Of a stretch of 64,000 nucleotides of DNA, positions 38,883 to 49,581 are shown in pieces. The number at the start of each line of letters is the position of its first letter. Positions within the stretch are counted from its first letter, which is position 1. The position numbers and the translations under genes were made by a program. The notes beneath the pieces were generated by a model. That model searched no databases, had not been told where the DNA came from, and worked only from the letters and a program-made list of their open reading frames with translations. The stretch is from Acidobacteriota bacterium (GTDB taxonomy: Bacteria > Acidobacteriota > Terriglobia > Acidiferrales > UBA7541). Where the stretch lies: positions 27,414 through 91,413 of the forward strand of contig JAMCWK010000110.1 of the NCBI GenBank assembly GCA_023481105.1, read 5' to 3'.

Positions 38883-38892
38883 TCACACGGCC

Positions 38893-38922
38893 ATTCTAGC
38901 GCGGGGGGCCGCGGCACGTCAA
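38893..38922 (-). promoter_or_regulatory. Candidate promoter of feoAB
   Basis: On the minus strand: -35 TTGACG (38922-38917), an 18-nt spacer, then -10 TAGAAT (38898-38893). Confidence 0.45.
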
Positions 38923-38969
38923 GGGAAATTGCTTGGATTTACCCACTCTGCCACTACAATAGAAACATC

Positions 38970-41888
38970 GTGCGCTGCCCCATCACAAGCCGCCTTCTGT
39001 CGCTTCTGCTGATGGCCGCGGTGTGTTTTCCCTCCGCTTCCGGCGGCCAATCCGGCGCCGCCAAGAAGGAAGATTCGCGTGCGGGCACGGCGCAGAGCGC
39101 GTCGAAAGACAAGCAGGCCGAAAGAGTGTTCGCCAGCGCCGTGCAAGCGGAGCAGGAAGAACTGTGGAGCACGGCGTATGCCCTCTATGCGGAGGCGGCG
39201 CAGTTGGCGCCGGAGAATACGGAATACCTGGCGCGGCGGGAGCGGGCGAAATTCCGCCTGGTGCAACAGCACATGGACCGCGCGGAATGGCAAGCGGTGC
39301 AAGGGCAACTGGAGGAGGCGCGCGAGGAACTGCGCATAGCCTTGACCCTGGACCCCAAGTATCGTGTGGCGCAGGAACGCCTGGCGCAACTAAGCCGGCA
39401 AACAGCGCAAGAAACCGGACGACGATCGGAGTACGACGCGGCGCTGCTCCAGCTTAAGCCCCGTGCGGGGAAGCGGAACTTCGATGTCCGCGGCGATACG
39501 CTCGCGGCCTACGAGGCGGTGGCACGGCAGTTCGGGCTGACCATGTCGTTCGACCAGGACGTCAGCGCCAAGCGAATCCGCTTTCGCGTGTCCAACGTGG
39601 AATTCGGCGCGGCGATTAGCTTGCTGGAACAGCAGACAAACACGTTCACGCGCGCCATTGACGAAAAGGCATTCCTGGTGCTGCCGGACACGCCGGACAA
39701 GCGGCGACAGTACGAACCGCGCGTGACGCGAACGCTGATGCTGGCGGGCGCGACCTCGCCCGAGGAGTTGACCGAAATCCGCCAAGTCGTGCGCGACATC
39801 GGCGGCATCCCCAATCCCCAGATCAACGCCGCGACGCGGCAAGTGGTACTGCGCGGAACGCCGCAGTCGGTGGCGCTGGCCGTGGATTTGATCCGCGAAT
39901 TGGAACAGCCTCGCGGAGAAATGATGCTTGAGGTGGAATTCCTGGAGGTGGACCGCACCCGCGCGCTGACGCTGGGCGTGACGCCGCCGTCGTCGGGTCA
40001 GATTTTCACGCTCAGCCCGGCGGACGTGCGCGAGGCGCAGCAGTCCACCGAGGCGCTGTTGCGCGTGATCCAACGCGTGTTCGGGCAGTCTGGAGCGCAC
40101 GGCAATCTGAGCCAGGCGGAACTCGCGGCGCGTCTCGCATCGGGACAAGTGGGCGTCGCTTCCTTGCTGCCGCCGCTGATTGCGTTCGGCGGAGGCAAGA
40201 CGATTTTTCTGGCCACGCTGCCGGGAGCGGCGGCGGACTTTGCCGAGACTTTCAGCCTGGTGCAACGTGCCCGGCGAGTTTTGCTGCGCGCCGAAGACGG
40301 GCAGCAGGCCACATTTTTTGTGGGCGACCGATTCCCCATCAGTTTTTCGGTACTGACGCCGGGAATCACCGGGTCGCAGATTGTTGCGGGCATTAAGAAA
40401 ACGGATTTCGTGACCGACCTGGGGCCGTTGTCCGTTGCGACGGGAGATTTTGACGGCGATGGGACAGCCGACCTGGTCACGGCGAATTCCGTGTCCAACA
40501 CGGTTTCCGTGCTGCTGAACACAGGCAGCGGAGATTTCGGCGCGAAGTCAGACATCGCCGTGGGGGCGGAGCCGCGCGCTGTGGTGACGCGGGATTTCGA
40601 TAAAGACGGCAAGCTGGACCTCGCGGTGGCTGTGGCCAATTCCACAAGCAACGTGGTGGAAATCCTGCTGGGAACCGGGACGGGAAGTTTCAATCCCGCG
40701 ACCACGTTGCTGGCGGGATTGACGCCGGTGGCGCTGGCCAGCGCGGACTTCGACGGCGACGGCGAGTCCGACCTGGCAGTGGTGAACAACGGGGACAACA
40801 GCGTGCACATTTTCCTGGGCACCATTGCTGGAAACTTCACGTTCGCGGCTTCGCTGGCCACGGGCGTGGCACCGAGCGCGATCGCCGCCGGCGATTTCAA
40901 TGATGACGGAGCGCCGGATTTGGCGGTGACGAATTCGGCGGATGACACCGTTACCATTTTCTTGGGCGACGGCAACGGCCAATTCAGTTCGAGCACAACC
41001 CTGCTCACCGGCGCCGACCCGGTGGGCGTGGTGACCGGCGTTTTCGCCACGGGCGGCAAGACCAGCATGGCCGTGGCCAACCGCGGAGCAAATTCCGTGT
41101 CCGTGTTTCTGGGAAACGGCGATGGGACGTTTGTGTCGCGGCAGGATTTTGCAGTGGGCGCTCAACCCGCGGCGCTCGCCGTGGGCGACTTCACCGGAGA
41201 CAACCGCCTAGACTTGGCCGTGGCCAATTCAGCCTCCAACACGATTACTGTTTTGGCCGGGCTCGGCGACGGCGGGTTTGTGAGCTCCGATTTCACTTCC
41301 CCGGCGGCGCCCTTCGCACTCGCACCGGCCGATTTCGACAAGGACGGGCGGCTGGATCTGGTGGCGGCCAACCGCGACGCCAACAGCGTGACGGTCTATC
41401 TGAACACGACCACGACCTTGCCCATTTCAGCGGGGCAGCAGACGGCGTATCCCGCCGTGCAGTTTGAGGATTTGGGCGTGAAGGTGCGCGCGACCCCTCG
41501 GCTACATGCCAATCGTGAAGTGACGCTGCAATTGCAGTTCGAGCTGCGCAGCTTCGCCACTGCGCGATTCAACGATATTCCCGTGATCACCAACCGCACC
41601 GTGGATCAAATCGTGCGGCTGCGGGAAAACGAACCGGCCATACTGGCTGGAATCTTGCAGCAGGACGTGGACCGCTCGGCGAGTGGATGGCCGGGCGTCG
41701 TCGCGGTTCCCGGCGCGGGGCAAACGGCCAGCAAACGGCAGGGGCAGCGGCACGAGACGGAGTTGATAATCGTCATTACGCCGCGACGCATCCGCCTGGC
41801 GCAGCGCAAGGACCGCACGATTTACGCGGTCGGGAAGGATTCCGCAGCGCCTTCCTCCGGGGGAACACCAGCAAGGCCGCCGCAGTAG
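38970..41888 (+). CDS. Secretin-family outer-membrane protein with N-terminal TPR-like region and an embedded seven-blade FG-GAP/VCBS propeller
   Basis: GTG start followed by a signal peptide (RCPITSRLLSLLLMAAVCFPSASG). Secretin N-domain-like and channel blocks are present (MLEVEFLEVDRTRALTLGV; LLRAEDGQQATFFVGDRFPI; VQFEDLGVKVRATPRL; IPVITNRTVDQIVRLRENEPAILAGIL; ELIIVITPRRI). Seven FG-GAP-like repeats lie between the second and third of these blocks. Confidence 0.8.
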   Translation: MRCPITSRLLSLLLMAAVCFPSASGGQSGAAKKEDSRAGTAQSASKDKQAERVFASAVQAEQEELWSTAYALYAEAAQLAPENTEYLARRERAKFRLVQQHMDRAEWQAVQGQLEEAREELRIALTLDPKYRVAQERLAQLSRQTAQETGRRSEYDAALLQLKPRAGKRNFDVRGDTLAAYEAVARQFGLTMSFDQDVSAKRIRFRVSNVEFGAAISLLEQQTNTFTRAIDEKAFLVLPDTPDKRRQYEPRVTRTLMLAGATSPEELTEIRQVVRDIGGIPNPQINAATRQVVLRGTPQSVALAVDLIRELEQPRGEMMLEVEFLEVDRTRALTLGVTPPSSGQIFTLSPADVREAQQSTEALLRVIQRVFGQSGAHGNLSQAELAARLASGQVGVASLLPPLIAFGGGKTIFLATLPGAAADFAETFSLVQRARRVLLRAEDGQQATFFVGDRFPISFSVLTPGITGSQIVAGIKKTDFVTDLGPLSVATGDFDGDGTADLVTANSVSNTVSVLLNTGSGDFGAKSDIAVGAEPRAVVTRDFDKDGKLDLAVAVANSTSNVVEILLGTGTGSFNPATTLLAGLTPVALASADFDGDGESDLAVVNNGDNSVHIFLGTIAGNFTFAASLATGVAPSAIAAGDFNDDGAPDLAVTNSADDTVTIFLGDGNGQFSSSTTLLTGADPVGVVTGVFATGGKTSMAVANRGANSVSVFLGNGDGTFVSRQDFAVGAQPAALAVGDFTGDNRLDLAVANSASNTITVLAGLGDGGFVSSDFTSPAAPFALAPADFDKDGRLDLVAANRDANSVTVYLNTTTTLPISAGQQTAYPAVQFEDLGVKVRATPRLHANREVTLQLQFELRSFATARFNDIPVITNRTVDQIVRLRENEPAILAGILQQDVDRSASGWPGVVAVPGAGQTASKRQGQRHETELIIVITPRRIRLAQRKDRTIYAVGKDSAAPSSGGTPARPPQ
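40413..41416 (+). repeat. Seven tandem FG-GAP/VCBS-like blades (protein-level repeats) within the secretin gene
   Basis: The seven blades, in order: GDFDGDGTADLVTANSVSNTVSVLLNTGSGDF; RDFDKDGKLDLAVAV...VEILLGTGTGSF; ADFDGDGESDLAVVNNGDNSVHIFLG; GDFNDDGAPDLAVTNSADDTVTIFLGDGNGQF; GVFATGGKTSMAVANRGANSVSVFLGNGDGTF; GDFTGDNRLDLAVANSASNTITVLAGLGDGGF; ADFDKDGRLDLVAANRDANSVTVYLN. Confidence 0.85.
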
Positions 41889-41909
41889 GCTAAGAAGTGT
41901 GGAGAAGAA

Positions 41910-42884
41910 TCAGGGCGCGGCGTCGAGCACGACGACGGGTTGATACGTGCGCGGCACGACCGCCTGCGCGATGGCGATCAGTTTTTCCTCAAAATTGAAG
42001 ACGCGGAGGCAAGGCGCTTTCAGTTCGCCGGAATCGAGCTGCGTCGTGGCCCCCTGCGCAGAGGTAACGCGGCCGGGTTGGATTTGCGCAATCTGCACAT
42101 TGAAGCGCGCACCGTGACGCACGCGGCGCTCAATCACCGGAAGCACCGTGATGCGCGGAAGGTCGGAGAGCAGCCGCTCGAGGGGCACAACCACTTCGGC
42201 CAGGCGATTGGCGTGCGCTGCTTGCTCGAGCTCCTGCAAAGTAATGGTCTGGTCCAACGTGAATTCGCCGACGGCGGTGCGGGAGATCTCCGCGAGGTGC
42301 GCGCCGCTGCCCTGCCGGATGCCCATTTCGTGAGCCAAAGCGCGGATGTACGTGCCGGCGGCGCATTCGATGACGCAGCGGACCAGCGAGCCCTCCACTC
42401 CGGTAATCCGGAATTCGTAAACTTCCACTTCCACCGCTTTTAACTCTACTGGCTTTTTCTTGCGCGCAAGCTCGTGCGCAGGGCGGCCGTGAATTTTTTT
42501 GGCGGAAAAGGGCGGCGGCATCTGCGCAAATCGGCCGACAAATTCCCCGGCGAGGGCTTCTGCTTGTTCCAACGAAATCGTTGGAGCGAAGTCCGCGCCG
42601 GCGGGAGCGCCGTCCGCGTCGTAGGTGTCGGTGGCAAAACCGAAGCGGATGGCGCAGGCATAGCGCTTGCGGCGGCCGATGTAGAAACGCGCGAGTCGCG
42701 TGGCGCGGCCGAGCAGCAGCGCGAGCACGCCGGTGGCCAGCGGGTCCAGAGTGCCCAGGTGTCCGATCTCGCGGAAGCCGAGGATGTGCCGCACGGCGTC
42801 CACCACGTCATGAGACGTTTTTCCGGCGGGCTTGTTGATGAGCAGGGCGCCTTCGACAGGCGGCGCAGGGCGTTTGCGGGGCAT
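41910..42884 (-). CDS. truB: tRNA pseudouridine(55) synthase
   Basis: Contains GALLINKPAGKTSHDVV and HLGTLDPLATGVL (catalytic Asp). The start is taken at ATG 42884. Confidence 0.9.
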   Translation of the reverse strand: MPRKRPAPPVEGALLINKPAGKTSHDVVDAVRHILGFREIGHLGTLDPLATGVLALLLGRATRLARFYIGRRKRYACAIRFGFATDTYDADGAPAGADFAPTISLEQAEALAGEFVGRFAQMPPPFSAKKIHGRPAHELARKKKPVELKAVEVEVYEFRITGVEGSLVRCVIECAAGTYIRALAHEMGIRQGSGAHLAEISRTAVGEFTLDQTITLQELEQAAHANRLAEVVVPLERLLSDLPRITVLPVIERRVRHGARFNVQIAQIQPGRVTSAQGATTQLDSGELKAPCLRVFNFEEKLIAIAQAVVPRTYQPVVVLDAAP

Positions 42885-42903
42885 GAGTTTTCTTGTGCCG
42901 CGT

Positions 42904-43266
42904 TCAGGATTCCGGCTGTTTCTTCGTCGCGCGCAGCAACTCGTCAATGCGCTGGCTGTACTCTTCGCTGCGGTCGAGCAGAAACAGCAGCTCGGGGCTG
43001 CGGCGCATGCGCAGGCGCACACCCAGCTCGCGGCGGATAAAACCGGACGCGGCGGCCAGGCCCTGCAGCGTCGAGGCGTGTTCTTCCTCGGTGCCATCCA
43101 CGCTCACAAAAATGCGCGCCAGTTTCAGGTCCGGCGAAACGCGCACTTCGGTGACCGTGGTCAGCCCGGCGATGCGCGGGTCTTTCAACTCCCCGGCAAT
43201 CATGGTGCTGACTTCGTGATGAATTTCTTCCGCGATGCGTTCGTGTCTGTGTCCGGCGACGGTCAT
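42904..43266 (-). CDS. rbfA: Ribosome-binding factor A
   Basis: Contains RIAEEIHHEVSTMIAGELKDPR...VTEVRVSPDLKLARIFV. It occupies the conserved operon position. Confidence 0.9.
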   Translation of the reverse strand: MTVAGHRHERIAEEIHHEVSTMIAGELKDPRIAGLTTVTEVRVSPDLKLARIFVSVDGTEEEHASTLQGLAAASGFIRRELGVRLRMRRSPELLFLLDRSEEYSQRIDELLRATKKQPES

Positions 43267-43323
43267 GGTCGTAGAGGGGGCTTCATGCCCCCGCCCTCTT
43301 CTTGCGGCGGGGTAAACCCGCCG

Positions 43324-43605
43324 CTACAAAAATTCCATCTCCTGGGAGACAAGGTCGCGGCCGAGAATGCGTTCGGCTTCGGCGGCAACGTGGTCCAGCG
43401 ATTCGCGCAGATGCTGCTCATCGTTGGAAAGCGAGACCACGCCTACGAGCGCGCGCTGCCAGACATCCTGATGTTCCAGCTCGGCCACGGCGACGTTGAA
43501 CTGGCCGCGCAGGCGGTCCTTCAAACTGCGCAGCACCTGGCGCTTGTCCTTCAGCGAGCGTGCGTCGGGGATGTGAATTTCTAACGTGAGGAGGCCGATC
43601 GGCAT
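43324..43605 (-). CDS. DUF503-domain protein
   Basis: Contains LLTLEIHIPDARSLKDKRQVLRSLKDRLR. It sits between infB and rbfA, as is commonly seen. Confidence 0.8.
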   Translation of the reverse strand: MPIGLLTLEIHIPDARSLKDKRQVLRSLKDRLRGQFNVAVAELEHQDVWQRALVGVVSLSNDEQHLRESLDHVAAEAERILGRDLVSQEMEFL

Positions 43606-43666
43606 GTCCGATCACCCGTGAGAGATTCTTCGCTTCGCTCAGAATGACAGCGCAAGTTGAAACGAG

Positions 43667-46432
43667 TTAGGCGGTGCTTCCCGCGACGACGAGCTTCTGC
43701 ACCGTAAAACATTCAATGATATCGCCGACTTTGACGTCTGCAAAGTTGGTGATGGCAATCCCGCACTCGAATCCGGCGCGCACTTCGCTGACGTCGTCCT
43801 TGAAGCGGCGTAAAGAGCCGATGCGTCCGGTGAAGATGACCACGTTGTCGCGAAGCAGGCGCACTTCCGCGTCGCGCTTCACCAGGCCATCCTGAATGTA
43901 GCAGCCGGCAATGGCGCCCACGCCCTTGACGCGGAAGGTGTCGCGCACATCCGCGCGCCCCAGATACGTTTCCTTGAACACCGGCTCGAGCATCCCGGCC
44001 AGCGCCTTCTTAATTTCGTCCACCAGCTCGTAAATAATCGTGTGCGTGCGGATCTCGACATCTTCCTGCTGCGCGAGCTCGGCCGCTTTGCGGTCCGGGC
44101 GAACGTTGAACGCGATGATGATGGCATTGGAAGCGGACGCGAGGAGCACGTCGGTTTCCGCCACGGCGCCCACGCTGGCATGGATGATCTTGAGCCGCAC
44201 TTCGTCGGTGGAAAGCTTGGGCAGCAGCTCGCTCAAAACTTCGACGGAGCCCTGCACGTCCGCCTTCACGACCACAGGGAGTTCCTTCATTTCGCCGGCC
44301 TTGAGCTGTTCGTGCAACTGGTCGAGGGTGATGCGCGAGCCGAGCGAGCGCGCCAGCGTGGCTTCGCGGCGCTTGGACTGCCGGTAATCAACCAAGTGGC
44401 GGGCCCGGGCTTCGTCAGCTACTTGGAACTGGTCGCCGGCCTCCGGCACGCTTTGCAGGCCGAGGACTTCGACGGGCGAAGACGGCGGCGCCGACTTCAC
44501 GGAACGCCCGCGGTCGTCAAACATGGCGCGCACTTTGCCGTAAACCGCGCCGCAAATGAACACATCGCCCACGCGCAGTGTGCCGTTCTGCACCAGCACC
44601 GTGGCCACCGGCCCGCGGCCTTTGTCCACTCGCGATTCCAACACGGTGCCGGTGGCGGGGACATCGGGGTTGGCCTTCAGTTCGCGCAGGTCGCCGACGA
44701 GCAGGATGGATTCCAGCAGGCGGTCGAGGTTTTTGTTCTGTTTCGCGGAAACTTCCACGACGACGGTTTCGCCGCCCCACTCTTCAGGGGTCAGGCCGCG
44801 GTCCGCGAGTTGGCGCTTGACGCGTTCGGGCTGTGCGTCGGGCTTGTCAATTTTGTTGATGGCCACAATCACGGGCACGCCGGCCGCTTTGGCGTGGTCA
44901 ATGGCCTCGAGAGTCTGGGGCATGATGCCGTCGTCGGCGGCAACCACGAGCACAACGATGTCCGTGACGCGTGCGCCGCGAGCGCGCATGCGCGTGAAGG
45001 CTTCGTGGCCCGGCGTGTCAATGAACACCACGCGCTTGCCATCCACGTCCACCTGCGACGCGCCGATGTGCTGGGTGATGCCGCCGGCTTCTCCGGCCGC
45101 GACTTCCGTGCTGCGCACCGCGTCCAGCAGGCTAGTCTTGCCATGGTCCACGTGGCCCATCACCGTGACCACCGGCGGCCGCGCCGAGGTCTTCCCCGGC
45201 GTCTCCACCTTGGCAATTTCTTCAACCGCTTCTTCTTCGAAGGAAATCACGCGCACGATTCCGCTGAAGGCTTCGGCAAGCGACGTAGCCGTTGCCGTGT
45301 CCAGCGCCTGATTGATGCTGGCGAAGATACCGCGGTCCAGCAGGGTCTTCAAAAGTTCTTTCGCGCGAATATCGAGTTTTTCCGCAAGCTCACGAACGGT
45401 GACGCCTTCGGTGATGGTGATTTCGCGTGGCTCGCGCGGCACCGGCGCAACCGCTGGCTCGGCGCGCGCGGCGCGTGCTCCCGCTGCGCCGGGCCGCGAA
45501 CGCACCGGATGCAGCTTGCGCTCGCCTTCCTCGAAACGCTTGTCCGCCAAGGGGCGGCTGCGCGCGGCAGGCTTGCGCGCATAAATGGGTTTGCCGGGCT
45601 CGGCCTTCGGAGGCACTCGATCCTGCGGCATGCTCGGCGCGGGACGTCCGCCGGCGCGCTGCTGTCCGGCTCGCGGCGGCTGGCCAGGACGCATCGGATG
45701 GCGGGGAATGGGGCGTCCACCGGCCGGTGCTCCGGCAGCGCTCGCCGCAGGACGCGCCGTGGTCGGATGGCCTTCTTTGAACAAAGGACGCGATGGCAAC
45801 TTGACGATGGGCTGGCCCGGTGTGGCCAGCGGTTTTGCCGGAGGCTTGGAAACCGGTGCCGCAGGGCGAGACGGCGCCACGGGCTTGGCCGGCGTGGCTG
45901 CCGGACGCGCTGCCGCAGGAGCAGCAGCGGCCGCAGCAGGCGGCGCAGGAACAATCTTTGCCGGCGCGGCGGCTGCGCCACGCGCGGCTGGCGCGGCTGG
46001 GGCAGGCGCTTTGGGAATCGCCGCAGGCACAAGCGGTTTTGCAGCAGCGGGAGCGGCCGCTGGAGGCGCTGCAACTGCCGCCGGCGCAGCCGCGGGTTTG
46101 GCAACTCCCGGAGCTGGCGCAGCAAGAGGTGGTGCAGCCGGCGGGGCCGCAGGTTTGGCAGGCGCAGCCGCGGGGCGCATGCGCGCCGCTTTTGCGGCAG
46201 CTTCCTTGGCCAGCTTTTCTTTCGCGGCGGCAGCTTCGACCGCGGCCTCGGCATCCGCTATGGCACGGAAATGCTGCCGGACTTTTTCGGCGTGGGCTTC
46301 ATCAATGGAGCTGGAGTGGGTTTTCTTTTCGGTGACGCCGACTTCGGGGAGCAGGTCAATAATGGCCTTGGACTTGACCTCGAGTTCGCGGGCCAGATCG
46401 TTAATGCGAATTTGATTGGGATGCTCAGCCAT
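43667..46432 (-). CDS. infB: Translation initiation factor IF-2
   Basis: 921 aa. The N-terminal region is Ala/Pro-rich. GTPase motifs ([24 protein letters not shown]) are present. Confidence 0.95.
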   Translation of the reverse strand: MAEHPNQIRINDLARELEVKSKAIIDLLPEVGVTEKKTHSSSIDEAHAEKVRQHFRAIADAEAAVEAAAAKEKLAKEAAAKAARMRPAAAPAKPAAPPAAPPLAAPAPGVAKPAAAPAAVAAPPAAAPAAAKPLVPAAIPKAPAPAAPAARGAAAAPAKIVPAPPAAAAAAPAAARPAATPAKPVAPSRPAAPVSKPPAKPLATPGQPIVKLPSRPLFKEGHPTTARPAASAAGAPAGGRPIPRHPMRPGQPPRAGQQRAGGRPAPSMPQDRVPPKAEPGKPIYARKPAARSRPLADKRFEEGERKLHPVRSRPGAAGARAARAEPAVAPVPREPREITITEGVTVRELAEKLDIRAKELLKTLLDRGIFASINQALDTATATSLAEAFSGIVRVISFEEEAVEEIAKVETPGKTSARPPVVTVMGHVDHGKTSLLDAVRSTEVAAGEAGGITQHIGASQVDVDGKRVVFIDTPGHEAFTRMRARGARVTDIVVLVVAADDGIMPQTLEAIDHAKAAGVPVIVAINKIDKPDAQPERVKRQLADRGLTPEEWGGETVVVEVSAKQNKNLDRLLESILLVGDLRELKANPDVPATGTVLESRVDKGRGPVATVLVQNGTLRVGDVFICGAVYGKVRAMFDDRGRSVKSAPPSSPVEVLGLQSVPEAGDQFQVADEARARHLVDYRQSKRREATLARSLGSRITLDQLHEQLKAGEMKELPVVVKADVQGSVEVLSELLPKLSTDEVRLKIIHASVGAVAETDVLLASASNAIIIAFNVRPDRKAAELAQQEDVEIRTHTIIYELVDEIKKALAGMLEPVFKETYLGRADVRDTFRVKGVGAIAGCYIQDGLVKRDAEVRLLRDNVVIFTGRIGSLRRFKDDVSEVRAGFECGIAITNFADVKVGDIIECFTVQKLVVAGSTA

Positions 46433-46443
46433 ACGCAGTGGAT

Positions 46444-47910
<1,467 letters not shown>

Positions 47911-47969
47911 TTTGTCGTACCTCGCGAGGCCGCGGCCCCGACGCTTCGGGGTGCGCCCCTACATCCTTG

Positions 47970-48419
47970 CTAAAACTCCACCACCAGGTGGGCTTTGCGA
48001 ATCGCCGCAAACGGCAGCTCTACCCGCCGGCCCTGCACTTCAATCGTGACGATGCCGCCGGTATAGCCGGCCAGGCGGCCCTCAAAAAACTTCGAATTCT
48101 CCACCGGCGCATCGAGCGTGATGCGCGCCAAACGTCCCACGAAACGCTCGTAGTCGGCCGGCTTCAGCAGCTTGCGATCCAGGCCGGGCGAACTCACTTC
48201 CAAAATGTACCGCGGGCCGGGTATCAGGTCCTCGACGTCGAGGATGACGCTCAACTGCTTGGAAACCGCTTCGCAGTCGCTGTGACTGACCCCGCCGGGC
48301 TTATCAATGTACACGCGGAGGAAGCGCTGCTTGCCGATCTTCCATTCCACGTCCACCACTTCCAAGGCTTCTGAGCGGGCTACCCGCTCCGCCGCCTCGC
48401 GAATTTTCTCGATGTCCAT
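47970..48419 (-). CDS. rimP: Ribosome maturation factor RimP
   Basis: Contains FLRVYIDKPGGVSHSDCEAVSKQLS...YILEVSSPGLDRKL. ATG at 48419; an alternative start lies at 48440. Confidence 0.85.
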   Translation of the reverse strand: MDIEKIREAAERVARSEALEVVDVEWKIGKQRFLRVYIDKPGGVSHSDCEAVSKQLSVILDVEDLIPGPRYILEVSSPGLDRKLLKPADYERFVGRLARITLDAPVENSKFFEGRLAGYTGGIVTIEVQGRRVELPFAAIRKAHLVVEF

Positions 48420-48554
48420 GACTGCCACCTGCGGCAGCAAGCTCCAGCCCGCCTCAGCGAACCGAAGACAGTGCCGCCCATGCGGGGGTTAAGCCGCCCC
48501 CGGCAGGGACAAGCCAGAACCGATCGGGAAGCCACCCCTGCTTTCCCGGCCAAC

Positions 48555-48576
48555 AAAAAAGTGGGCTCGCGCCCAC
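48555..48576 (-). terminator. Intrinsic terminator-like hairpin inside the rimP-nusA-infB leader
   Basis: Minus-strand RNA reads GUGGGC-GCGA-GCCCAC followed by UUUUUUG. It lies about 25-45 nt downstream of the predicted promoter and about 135 nt upstream of the rimP ATG. Confidence 0.55.
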
Positions 48577-48606
48577 TGATTTCTGCGACCGGCTTCAAGC
48601 AGAAAA

Positions 48607-48635
48607 AGTATAGCCTTCCACCGCGCGAAAAGCAA
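48607..48635 (-). promoter_or_regulatory. Candidate sigma70-type promoter for the rimP operon leader
   Basis: On the minus strand: -35 TTGCTT (48635-48630), a 17-nt spacer, then -10 TATACT (48612-48607). Confidence 0.5.
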
Positions 48636-48670
48636 GACAATCAAGACGATTGGGGCACATCCGCAGCCCG

Positions 48671-48701
48671 AAAAAAACAGGGGCGTATCATGTACGCCCC
48701 T
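48671..48701 (-). terminator. Rho-independent terminator downstream of skp
   Basis: Minus-strand RNA reads AGGGGCGUA-CAUGA-UACGCCCCU followed by GUUUUUUU. It lies about 40 nt after the skp stop. Confidence 0.75.
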
Positions 48702-48741
48702 GCTCATTCAAGACGAAGCTACCTGTTGGCGGCGCTGCGCG

Positions 48742-49380
48742 TTACTGCTGCGGCGGTTTCGTGGCTGGCGGCTGCTTGGCCGGGGGACGCGGCGTGCCGG
48801 GCTGCGCGGGCGCAGGCGCGCTGGCGCGGACCGGGAATGCCTGGTCGTAGAGCTTGATGATGTCCTGGGTGACGTCGGTCTGCGGCGCGGCGAAGACGAC
48901 AACGTTTTGCGAAGACACGTCAATCACCAGCGTAAAATTATTCTCGCGCGCGTAGCGGCCCATGACGTCGTCCATCTTGCGCGCGATGCGCTCGAAGACT
49001 TCGCCCTGCGCGGCCTGCGCATCTTCCTCGAACTCCTGCTGCTTGCGCTGCGCCACGCGGGTCAGCCGTTCGCCCTCGCGCGTGAGGCGGGCCTTTTCGT
49101 CATCACTGAGCGTGCGATCGCCGGTGCTCAGGCGGCTCTGGATGTCCTGGATCTGCTTGCGCAGGGTGTCCAGCTCGTTATTGCGCGGCGCAAATTGCGA
49201 CTGCAACTCCGCCAGAGCCTGCTTGCCTTCCGCCGTGCTGAAAACGGCCTGGCGCACATTCAGAATCCCGATCTTCTGCGCAGCGGCCGGTGCTGCTGCG
49301 CCGCCGGCCTGTGCAAACACGGGGGCGGCGGGCACCAGCAAAAGCGCGGCCGCGGCGAATACTGCACGTTTCACGTTCAT
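48742..49380 (-). CDS. skp: OmpH/Skp-family periplasmic chaperone with Pro-rich C-terminal tail
   Basis: Signal peptide MNVKRAVFAAAALLLVPAAPVFAQ. Has a coiled-coil OmpH pattern (KQALAELQSQFAPRNNELDTLRKQIQDIQ). The start is taken at ATG 49380. Confidence 0.8.
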   Translation of the reverse strand: MNVKRAVFAAAALLLVPAAPVFAQAGGAAAPAAAQKIGILNVRQAVFSTAEGKQALAELQSQFAPRNNELDTLRKQIQDIQSRLSTGDRTLSDDEKARLTREGERLTRVAQRKQQEFEEDAQAAQGEVFERIARKMDDVMGRYARENNFTLVIDVSSQNVVVFAAPQTDVTQDIIKLYDQAFPVRASAPAPAQPGTPRPPAKQPPATKPPQQ

Positions 49381-49581
49381 GCTCACTCCTTGAGGGAAAA
49401 TTGCGCTGTCCACAAAACGCTGATTATACGCGGGCAGCGGCGCGCGGTCAATGCGAATCCCGACCGGACGTGCCCTCCCGCATCCCGAGGCTATTCCTTC
49501 GGATGCGCAGGAGAGCCGCGCGGTTGGACAGCGCGCAACAGCGCCGCGCAACCATGTTGCTCCCCGCTGCAAACCGATTCC

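Noticed and set aside
45500-46250. Repetitive GC-rich stretch considered as a possible DNA repeat array
   Set aside because: It encodes the Ala/Pro-rich low-complexity N-terminal region of IF-2 ([14 protein letters not shown]...). It has no spacer/repeat organisation and is not CRISPR-like.
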